NCBI RefSeq assembly: GCF_000143415.4
Contig: NW_003314342.1
Coordinates: 881,636 to 890,268 of the forward strand
Source of the DNA: Selaginella moellendorffii
Lineage: Eukaryota > Plantae > Lycopodiophyta
DNA length: 8,633 nucleotides
Direction: 5' to 3'
Shown here: positions 1 through 7,956 of the stretch, piece by piece
Layout: each line of letters opens with the position of its first letter
Position numbering within the stretch: position 1 is the first letter of the stretch
Made by a program: the position numbers and the translations under genes
The notes under the pieces: generated by a model
Told to the model about the DNA's origin: nothing
Databases searched by the model: none
The model's input: only the letters and a program-made list of their open reading frames with translations

Positions 1-995
1 AAGGGGGGCACACTTTTTCTTCCAGACGGCACGCAACGATCGATCTAACTATCTAAGATATAAATTTAGCTTTTGTTGGGTTGTGTCGCTCCTTGTTTAC
101 GTCCGGTTTGGGTTTAAGTTTAAACTCCATACTATTCTAGTGGGTGGGGTACCCTCCTCCTTACATTATGCCACTAATATGCCAAAATTGTGTTAGACAC
201 CATTTAACACCATTTTGCGTGTAAGTGTTAGATATGGGGCATTGGTGCTCATGGGATTGTATTAGACCCTCGTTTTGTAGTGCAATAGGCTTGGAGTTCA
301 ACTCCAAATTCATGTGCACTACAGGCTTAGACCCAAGCTGGACATAGAACAAAAAGCAACAAATGCCTCAGGTGGTTAACCATGCATTTCAACCATTATC
401 TCTACTATATAGTTGGAAACCCCCATCCCTCCCCAGTTGAGGAACACATGCTTTAGGCTTTCACCCTTAGTACTAGGAGTTATGCGTGAAACTTACTAAA
501 TATGAAATGGCACTAGATCATGAATTAAGGTGCATAAACAATACCATAATACTTTCTATATTCCATAGATATACTTCTTGAGTGGATTTAGACACTTACT
601 ATGAATAGCATATAGTACTAAAATGGAACTAACACATAAAGCATGATAACGAGGGTGTCTAGCGAACAAGGTAAACTATCAAGTAATGATATTAAGGAAC
701 TAAACTCAATATCATGGGGGTTCTCAACACTAGTAAATGCAAAATTATAATTTGTGAGTTTCTCTAACCAAGTTAAATATGTTTGACTAATAGCATTTAG
801 AAATTCTATCTTTATGTTCATTTGGTCAAATGCACACATAATGACCAATTTTTCAACTAGCTTGGGTGGAGATTATAACAATAACAATAAGGGAAATAAC
901 AATACCAACCTTCTACTATTGTGGCAGTAAGGAGAAAGTGTCTATAAAGACTAGCTGATAAGTATCTTTTGATACCCAAAGTCACATTCGCAACA

Positions 996-1010
996 CTCTT
1001 CCCCCCTTGA
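996..1010 (-). other. Polypurine tract, probably of the chromovirus; a 3' LTR would begin at 995 (TGTTG on minus) and run leftwards, far end unresolved
   Basis: Minus strand TCAAGGGGGGAAGAG then TGTTG. Same orientation as pol and ~585 bp downstream of the pol stop once the TRIM is removed. No partner LTR was seen in the window. Confidence 0.65.
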
Positions 1011-1074
1011 AGAAAATTAATGTCCTTATCGATATATATTTGAGTCTAGCAAACTGTTAAGGAAAAAATTCTGA

Positions 1075-1236
1075 TGTAGCACATCTTATCTCTCTCCCAT
1101 TAAGCCAATTGGAAAAGGGGCAATTGCTTGATAAGAGAGCCCTTAGTGGCTATTTTATCCCCAGTTATCCCCCAAGGTTCCAAGGATCCATGGTGACAGT
1201 ATATCCAAATCTCATCCTATGATCACATACGCTACA
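1075..1236 (-). repeat. 3' LTR of the TRIM-like element
   Basis: TGTAGC...GCTACA 6-bp terminal inverted repeat. Aligns ungapped to 2019-2180 with 16 mismatches in 162 bp by hand count (~90% identity). Confidence 0.93.
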
Positions 1237-1251
1237 CTCACCCCCCCTTGA
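1237..1251 (-). other. Polypurine tract of the TRIM-like element
   Basis: Minus strand TCAAGGGGGGGTGAG immediately before the LTR start TGTAGC. Confidence 0.88.
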
Positions 1252-1281
1252 GAGATGTCAATGTCTTCATTGATTATTGAC

Positions 1282-1307
1282 TAACAACCCCTATTAACAA
1301 CCCCTAC
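1282..1307. repeat. 13-bp tandem duplication
   Basis: TAACAACCCCTAT followed by TAACAACCCCTAC. Confidence 0.8.
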
Positions 1308-1349
1308 TGAGTCAAAGGGAACCAACACCTCCATTTCCACACTCAATCT

Positions 1350-1945
1350 ACCAATCCTTCCATTGTGTAGATTAGCTATTCCATGTGAGGCAACTAGTCA
1401 TCCACCCATACCGTAGTTCCACAGTGGATACCTTCGTCCATGGATGCTCCACCAAGAGGAAGGACCAATCCTTCCATTGTGTAGATCAGCTATTCCATGT
1501 GAGGCAACTAGTCATCCACCCATACCGTAGTTCCACGGTGGATACCTTCGTCCATGGATGCTCCACCAAGAGGAAGGACGTACGCATTAATGCCCAATAC
1601 GTACGATTTCAAATTTAGGGGTAGGAATATACCTTGCTCACATGTGAGGCAACTAGTCATCCACCCATACCGTAGTTCCACTGTGTCATCCACCCATACC
1701 GTAGTTCCATGGTGGATACCTTCGTCCATGGATGCTCCACCAAGAGGAAGGACGTATGCATTGATGCCCAATACGTATGATTTCAAATTTAGGGGTAGAA
1801 ATATACCTTGCTCACATGTGAGGCAACTAGTCATCCACTCATACCGTAGTTCCATGGTGGATACCTTCGTCCATGAATGTTCCACCATGCATTGATGCCC
1901 AATACGTATGATTTCAAATTTAGGGGTAGGAATATACCTTGCTCA
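1350..1945. repeat. Modular tandem array inside the TRIM, order A-B-A-B-C-B'-C-B''-C'
   Basis: A = 32 bp (1350-1381, 1464-1495). B = 82 bp (1382-1463, 1496-1577, 1641-1751 with a 29-bp internal duplication, 1815-1887 truncated). C = 63 bp (1578-1640, 1752-1814, 1888-1945 truncated). About 14 bp are deleted at the last B/C junction. Confidence 0.92.
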
Positions 1946-1983
1946 AAGGTATATTATATTTTTTAAGTAGCCACTAATCAATG

Positions 1984-2051
1984 GGAATCGAACCCATGCC
2001 ATTTGCTCTGATACCACATGTAACACACTTTATCTCTCTCCCCTTAAGCCA
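1984..2051 (-). promoter_or_regulatory. Candidate type-2 (tRNA-like) RNA polymerase III internal promoter, A-box plus B-box
   Basis: B-box GGTTCGATTCC at 1994-1984 lies inside a 5-bp stem/7-nt loop ATGGG-TTCGATT-CCCAT. A-box-like TGGCTTAAGGG is at 2051-2041 (TGGCTTAATGG in the sister LTR, 1107-1097). The boxes are 46 nt apart. Motif evidence only. Confidence 0.45.
2005..2016 (-). other. Primer binding site complementary to the 3' end of initiator tRNA-Met
   Basis: Plus strand GCTCTGATACCA = minus TGGTATCAGAGC, the canonical plant tRNA-iMet PBS, 2 nt from the LTR end. Confidence 0.93.
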
Positions 2052-2180
2052 ACTAAAAAATGGGCAATTGCTTAATGAGAGAACCCTTAGTGGCTATTTT
2101 ATCCCCATTTATCCCCTAAGGTTCCAAGGATCCAAGGTGACAGTATATCCAAATCTCATCCGATGATCACATGCGCTACA
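2019..2180 (-). repeat. 5' LTR of the TRIM-like element
   Basis: TGTAAC...GCTACA, a direct repeat of 1075-1236, followed on the minus strand by the PBS. Confidence 0.93.
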
Positions 2181-2729
2181 TTTGAAAATTAACGGATAGC
2201 ACACTATATAGAACACACACCAATTTAAATGAATGATTGAATTACTTCTTCTCAACATCTAAAGTTGTTAAGACTCAGATACCCTTTAACCATCACCAAC
2301 AAGGAAATGACTAATAAAGTTAACCACCCTTGCTACTCTGAGTATCACTCGACTTACAAAGGAATGATATATTGTTGCCTATAGAGACATAATGAGAGAG
2401 CCAAAGGCTCAACTCCCTTGAACAAGAAATCAACCCCGTTGGGAAAATTTAGACAACTATTATAAATTGGTAGATGAAGTTGTTTACATGACCATATTTC
2501 TTTTCAAAAAATGAGTCAATGAAAGAGAGGTAAAGACTTGTGATCAGTCTATAATAATTATCTCTATGGTTATGGATTGTACCCATGCACCGAAGTGCCA
2601 AAATCAGCTTGCCAAAACTAACCCAAAAACTAATGAACAAAAGAAATGTTTAATTCAAATATATTACTTTATTGATTGCAAGATTTTTTATAAAGACTTA
2701 CAAAAGCTACTTTTTATTACAAGTCTTAT

Positions 2730-2885
2730 ACTTTGTGACAAGCTCACAGGCATATGTAAGATTACTTAGAGGCTCTCAAGTTAATTCACAAGTTGGATAA
2801 CAATGCCACTTAACTAAACATTCTTTGGTATGACCACCACATTTTTTATGACATGATAAAATGCTTTCAACTTTGTATTCAGGTT
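2730..2885 (-). pseudogene. Integrase C-terminal chromodomain, group I-like
   Basis: EPEYKVESILSCHKKCGGHTKECLVKWHCYPTCELT*EPLSNL. The Y...W..Y aromatic positions are present and the W of TWEP has become TGA. Confidence 0.88.
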
Positions 2886-2939
2886 CACTATTCAGAACTT
2901 CTAGTGGCAGACGATTCTCCCCTTGATGTGCAATATCCA

Positions 2940-3975
2940 TAGTGTATGAAGCCAATAAATTGGCATGAAATACATTATGAACATTGGACATGGAAGATCT
3001 AACTGATAGGATACATTATCAATCCATTTTAAAACCTGATAGGGTCTAATATATCTTGGTAACAACTTCCGAGATAAAAATCCCTTAATATTCAAATTTC
3101 GGGAAGATAGCTACACTTGATCTCCCACTTGATAGGATACATTGTGATGGTACTAATCCTTACCATGTTGATACTTATCTTAAGCTTTGCCCATTGCCTC
3201 AGTAGCTCTAAACCAACTATGGCATAGCTACTTCACATAAGTCTCAACAATCGAGATTAACACTTTAGACATTGGTTTTGGTATTAAAATCTATTAAGGA
3301 ACCCCATGAACATTCCCTTGCAATATCTCCCATAGAGAACAACTAATAGCATTGTGAAATATGTTGTTATAACAAATTTCTGCTATGTCCAAATGCTCAA
3401 CCCAGTCGCGTTAGTCCATTACAACATAGTACTGTTGATAATCCTCAATCTGAGCATTCATACATTCTCTCTACCCATCGGTTTGAGGATGATAAGTTGT
3501 ACTAAACTTCAACTTAGTATTGAATAACTAGAATAGTGTGCCCTAAAACTTCCTCATAATTATTTGAGATCATCTCTTTGGGAAGATTACAAACCTGTAC
3601 TACTTCATGGAAGAGAGCTCTATTGCTTGCTTAGCATTTATTGTTTCCACAGTTGGAATGAAGTGTGCAATCTTCAACAATTAATTCATAATTACCATCA
3701 AAGTATCATAACCCTTAAACTTCAGCAAGCAAGTGACGAAGTCAAGTGTCACACTTTGAAATGGCTATACCAGTATTGGAATGCACTACAACTTCTTAGC
3801 CTGCTTCTCAGTTCTTCACTTACACTACTGACATATAAGGTAAAAATAGACATAATTTGCTATATCACTTTCCATACTAGACTAAAAAAATCCCTTTTTC
3901 AATGAAGCAAGATTCTTTCATTTACCACCATGTCCCACTACCAAAACATCATGATGTTCCTGCAAAAACAACTGT
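2940..3975 (-). pseudogene. Integrase remnant (HHCC zinc finger, DDE core, GPY/F-like module)
   Basis: LQEHHDVLVVGHGG...YVYFYLICQQCK (~3820-3965); PFQSVTLDFVTCL...AHFIP (~3650-3765); LKFSTTYHPQTDG (~3475-3515); KLLPRYIRPYQVLKWIDNVSYQLDLP (~2995-3070). Confidence 0.9.
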
Positions 3976-4214
3976 TGCAAATCCTTGGAGGGAAGATACA
4001 ATCTTTCTTACTTATAGAAAATAAGCTCATCCTGAATTGAGAAGTGAAGTTTTATATTGGCATAACTAGCAACTTTACTGCTTCACTACTAGGGTATTGT
4101 TTTGATAACTCTACACGGCGCAAGATTTCTTTTGCTAATGGATCACTTCCATATGAAGCCCGAACATTCTCCAACCAATTTGAACTGATTGCCGACATTG
4201 TCTAAAACTAAGCT

Positions 4215-4348
4215 TGATAACTTAATGCATTTGAAACAATATTGTCTTTACTAGATTTATAGATGATTTTAATATCAAATCTAGTGAGCTTCTCTTTCCA
4301 AAGAATCTACTTTGGCATAAGCTTTGGCTATGTAGCAAAGTAGCTTAA
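4215..4348 (-). pseudogene. C-terminal end of RNase H only
   Basis: LSYFAT*PKL...WKEKLTRFDIKIIYKSSKDNIVSNALSY corresponds to the gypsy L.Y...QPKL..RQ.RW.E.L..FD..I.Y.PGK.N.VADALSR motif. Confidence 0.8.
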
Positions 4349-4349
4349 T

Positions 4350-4900
4350 TACACCACCACCAACATATGCCCAAGAAAGTTCAATTACAATTGTCCAAAC
4401 ATGATTTTACTTTCCTTAGCATATAGTTTGTGTTCATGCAACTTCTAAAACACCAGCTCCAAGTATTTTAAATGATCCTTTAACATTTCACTAAAGACTA
4501 GAATATCATCGATATATAAGATAACAAATATGTCCAAATAATCTCTAATTATTCTATCCATTATTATATTGAACGTGGTTGAAGCGTTACATAACTCAAA
4601 TGGCATGACAAGGAACTTATAAGATCCATATAGAATCTTAAAGGTTATCTTCTCCATATCTTGATCTACCACCCATATTTAATAATACCTAGACTGAAAA
4701 TCAAGTCGTGTAAAATACTTAGCATTTAAGAGTTGCCCAAACAAATCATCAATACGAGGCAAAAGATAACTATTTCTAACCATAATTTTGTTAAGAGCCC
4801 AATAATTAATACACATCCTTATGGTTTTATCCTTTTTCATAACAAAAAGGACCAGCAGGTGACTTGCTTGGTCGAATATGACTTTTATCAAAAAGCTTTA
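4350..4900 (-). pseudogene. Reverse transcriptase domain remnant
   Basis: ORFs 4679-4891 and 4445-4672; catalytic YIDD at 4516-4505; FLGH near 4365-4378. Confidence 0.95.
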
Positions 4901-5755
4901 TAAGTTACTTCTTGAGTTTAGCCACCTATTTGATATTCAAATAATATAAAACTTTTTCAGGTGGTTTAGAACCTGAAACAATCTTAATTCGATAATTAAC
5001 TTCACGGTTAGGAGGTAGCATTGGCAGTAAATCCTTTGAAAAGATATCTTGATTCCATACTAATAACTCTATTAAATGATTAAGATGTTAAGTTCATGAC
5101 TGCAAAAGCCACTCAAAAAGCAGCTAAGAAGGGATGTCAGACCTTAAGTGATGGAAGCTGAAGGTGATAGTGACCTAGTTTGAATGATAGGGTTTATAAT
5201 AAGAAAGTGAATTTAAACCTTTCAAGAAATAACTTTGAGCATCTTTATCACTCATATTTGCAATCATAATGCACTTCTTTAAATTGACAATCACAAATCA
5301 CTTCACTTCACAATAAGTTGATACAAGGAGGTAAAATATATATTTTGTATGTTTTTTGGTTTTCTCCACAGCTGTTTAGTGGGCAATATATCATATCATA
5401 TAATGTCAGCTTCTTGCTAGATGGTTCATTATTAAGATCACTAGCATGATTTAATTCTAGAGAAGGTGAATTATAATAATTCAAGTACTCAAAAACCCAC
5501 TAAATCTCCACCCATTTGGACTCGGAACCTTGCCAGTTACTAAAATTAAAATTGTGTATGCTCTAGAGACATGTGTTACACTTAAACACTAACATGCAAC
5601 TCTAAATCCTAAACAAAAAACATAATATAAATATAACATTTTAAAGTCATTGTGATGGATATCCAAGGATTTATATAATGATGGATAATGTCTCACCAAT
5701 GATATTAACTTATCTCAGTCAAGAAGGTTGGAGCAGGTAAACTGTAAAACCCTTC

Positions 5756-6090
5756 ATGATGTATGTTACCCTGGGAGAATTAATGACTAAAAAATTATGA
5801 TTGAAATAGAAAATGGTTGTCAAATATCAAGCATATCACTTGATCTGGTAAAAAAACTTAAGCTCCCTATAGTTCACAGTTACATGTATTTTTTAATAAG
5901 ACCATGTGCAAATGATCAATAGAAAGAAGGATATGGAATTGAAGATTTATCTTATAAATTTGGAAAGTTTCTAGAGAGGAGAACATTCAGTGTTATATGA
6001 AAAGCTCTTCTGAGACTATATTTCTTAGGGATGATAAGCATGTGGTAATTATTGACTTTAAAAATCACATTGTTACTTTTAAATGCAATG
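5756..6090 (+). pseudogene. Degenerate retroviral-like aspartic protease (retropepsin), probably of Ty3/gypsy origin
   Basis: Hand translation across frameshifts: MYV/PGRIND*KIMIEIENGCQISSISLDLVKKLKLPI...ANDQ*KEGYGIEDLSYKFGKF..F.V/ETIFL..DKHVVIIDFKNHIVTFK. This fits the pattern G.ING......D(S/T)G....IS...V.KL.L..ANG...G...ILG....H...ID.....TF, with the catalytic triad decayed to ENG (5809-5817). Confidence 0.62.
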
Positions 6091-6294
6091 AATCAAGGTT
6101 GGTGGCACAGATTTCAATCTTCACATGGTATATATGAGGTGAGTAAAAATAAATTCAAAGATATGAATAACTTATGTTGGTGTTCTAACACTCCAAGAGA
6201 TATTAGTTTGGCTGCAGAAAAAGTTTGTGCCTTTAGAAAACTTTCCAGATTTTCCTTAGGGTGAGAAGACTTAGATGAACTTTGGAATCTCCCA

Positions 6295-7210
6295 TGCTTC
6301 ATTGTAAGAAAATGAATAATATTTGTGCTTAGGATCAATCACAATGGCATTGCAAGCAGCACCAACACTCCTTTCAACTTATACAGAGTGGATCTTACAG
6401 GCAATCACGAACATCCCCAATTGGAAACATCTCAAATTAATAGCATTATATTTATGATCTCCTCTGCATCATCCAAGAGCCCGCAAGAACACTTATCAAG
6501 CAGCAATAGTGATCTCACTTGGGACTTAGATTGTAGTCAGAAACCATTGGAGCTAGTGTGTCTCTAGTAGGGATTACCAGCACAAGGTGGCAGCAAACGA
6601 TCGAAAGGCCCATGAAACTCTTGAATCCTTCCAGATTCAAGACTTTAAAAAGCTGAATGGACAGATCACCATGTAGATTCTGGGTAAATGACACGATAAG
6701 AACGTTCCTGGTCACGATGTTTGGCTGTAAACAGCATCTAAACAACGCCCAAGCGCTCGTCCAAGTGTCCATTTTGCCCATACACTCTGATAATGTAATT
6801 CCTTTAGAACTTCTACGGTGTCAAACAAGCACTTTGCTTCTCTTTTGGCATATGTAGTGATCATAACATTCCATGCTAAGAAAACTGTCCACGAGACAAG
6901 GTTTCTTTGAGGCATTGAATCAAAGAGATTGTGAATCCAGTGACAATAGCATACAAGGTAGCTCATGCAAACTACGTTCCACACTAGAATTCGATCAAAA
7001 ACAAGCCCTGCGACGTAATTTTCCAACATTCCACGTCACTACATTCTTCCCGGGCACGGAATAAAAAGCATGCAAAGCTGATGATTATGAATGTAATCTT
7101 GGAGCAGGATTTTCCATGAAAAGGAGTCTGGGGCACGAATGGAGTCAAACATGCAGCGTGCATCACTAGAGCTCCTGCATTTGCCATGCCTTGGAATCCT
7201 GTGGTGTGGC
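6295..7210 (-). pseudogene. PLS-class pentatricopeptide repeat (PPR) gene with E-domain motifs, disrupted
   Basis: GKCRSSSDARCMFDSIRAPDSFSWKILL; LFDSMPQRNLVSWT; PNIVTRNVLIVSFTQNLHGDLSIQLFKVLNLEG; MVSDYNLSPK*DHYCCLISVLA; GLLDDAEEII..M...DVSNWG; IACKIHS..VERSVGAA...IDPK. These are spread over all three frames with stops. Confidence 0.9.
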
Positions 7211-7544
7211 AACACCAAAGATCTAAGCAATGCTTGCAAGATCCACGCTTTCGAAGGAACATGTTACAAACAACGTCTACATTGCAAATGTCCTCGTCCA
7301 AATGCGATACCCCGGCACTTAAAGGCTTCCTATCTTTCGAAGGGTTTAGGATTTATCAAAGATGCCATATCTCCAGTGGAATCCTGTGTGCTCCAGAGCT
7401 GCCATGTATTGCCATAAGACTGGACTTTCATTTGCAGTGATGATTATTACCTATGATGTTAGACAAAACAAAGGTCCGAGGATTTAAACCAGAAGTCACA
7501 GTTTACACCATACTCACCAAACATGTAGGCCGGGAGTCCCACGA

Positions 7545-7900
7545 CCACTGCCATACTGCCGAAGCTGTGGCAAAGGCCGCACGAGAGTTGCATGCCAGAA
7601 GAACGTTGTAGTTCTTCATCCGCAGCGAGTGCAACGCACTAGAGAGATCACTGTCCTTGGAGGTGACGAAGAGATGCACTGGTGGCGGAACATCGACAGT
7701 CCACAGCACCAAATCCAGCATGAGAGTTTGATCAGATGACAAATTCTTGTGAGCTGGAAGAGCCACAAAAATCACAACAATGGATTCATGAAAATTCAGC
7801 AAAGAGGAAAGAGCGAGAACTTACACGAGGGCAAATGGTGGAGAGAAATCCCCATCGCCGCCAACTCCGCCACCACCACACACTCCAGCTCCGCCACCAC
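7545..7900 (-). pseudogene. NYN (LabA/limkain-b1/MARF1-like, PIN-fold) nuclease domain, C-terminal part, two exons
   Basis: Splicing out 7824-7754 (GTAAGT...TTCCAG, 71 nt) gives ELAAMGISLHHLPS-SHKNLSSDQTLMLDLVLWTVDVPPPVHLFVTSKDSDLSSALHSLRMKNYNVLLA...ASAVWQW. This matches plant NYN proteins (GISL.HVP..K...D..L..D...W..DNPPPA.L.LISGD.DF...LH.LR..NYN.LLA). There is an in-frame TAG at 7903-7901 and no WD.EN N-terminal motif was seen. Confidence 0.85.
7754..7824 (-). other. GT-AG spliceosomal intron (71 nt) in the NYN fragment
   Basis: Donor GTAAGT, T-rich body, acceptor CTCTTCCAG. Removing it restores the NYN reading frame and the GISLHHLP motif. Confidence 0.8.
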
Positions 7901-7956
7901 CTAGTCCAGCATCGCTTCCGCCACCACACACTCCACCCCGCCACCACCTTGTCCAG
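7853..7956. repeat. Imperfect GC-rich tandem duplication (57 and 47 bp, CCA/CCG-rich)
   Basis: 7853-7909 and 7910-7956 both read CATCGC...CCGCCACCACACACTCCA...CCGCCACCACCT.GTCCAG. Confidence 0.75.

Larger units (their letters stand above)
1075..2180 (-). mobile_element. Non-autonomous miniature LTR retrotransposon (TRIM-like), structurally complete, 1106 bp
   Basis: Two 162-bp direct repeats (1075-1236, 2019-2180), each bounded by TGT...ACA. The minus strand has PBS TGGTATCAGAGC 2 nt inside the right LTR and PPT TCAAGGGGGGGTGAG abutting the left LTR. Flanks TCTGA (1070-1074) and TTTGA (2181-2185) form a 5-bp TSD with one C/T difference. No gag/pol coding inside. Confidence 0.93.
2707..5070 (-). 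mobile_element. Degenerate Ty3/gypsy chromovirus pol (RT, partial RNase H, integrase, chromodomain) with many stops and frameshifts
   Basis: Gypsy domain order RT-RH-IN-CHD. Motifs: DIFSKDL..LPPNREVNYRI, IRPSKSP, VLFVMKKDKTIRMCINYWALNK, YLLPRIDDLF, YKFLVMPF, YIDD, FLGH, HHD..GH..CQQCK, SVTLDFVT, STTYHPQTDG, KLLPRYIRPY, VHNVFH, EYKVESIL..LVKW. Confidence 0.96.

Noticed and set aside
161-848. Short minus-strand ORFs 161-352 and 618-848
   Set aside because: No recognisable motifs; AT-rich sequence that is probably LTR or other decayed repeat DNA.
1075-1236. Cassandra (5S rRNA-bearing) TRIM
   Set aside because: No 5S-like core (AGTTAAGCGTGC...AGGATGGGTGACC) was seen on either strand of the LTR.
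1385-1895. ORFs 1385-1618, 1508-1888 and 1554-1895 as repeat proteins
   Set aside because: They are by-products of the DNA array. Copies shift frame (145- and 29-bp periods) and show no recognisable domain.
1350-1945. CRISPR-like repeat/spacer array
   Set aside because: The intervening segments are themselves repeated rather than unique, the recurring module is 82 bp, no cas genes are present and the context is a plant LTR element.
1970-2060. tRNA gene or tRNA-derived SINE
   Set aside because: Only a T-arm and an A-box-like motif are present. No acceptor or anticodon stem can be formed, and the segment spans the LTR end and PBS.
3564-3905. 113-aa plus-strand ORF (and plus-strand ORFs at 6325-7440)
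   Set aside because: Antisense shadows of the integrase and PPR remnants.
6052-6264. pogo/CENP-B HTH motif suggested by GWWHRFQSSHGI
   Set aside because: It is a single short motif with no DDE domain or TIRs, and the adjacent sequence is better explained as the retropepsin tail in another frame.
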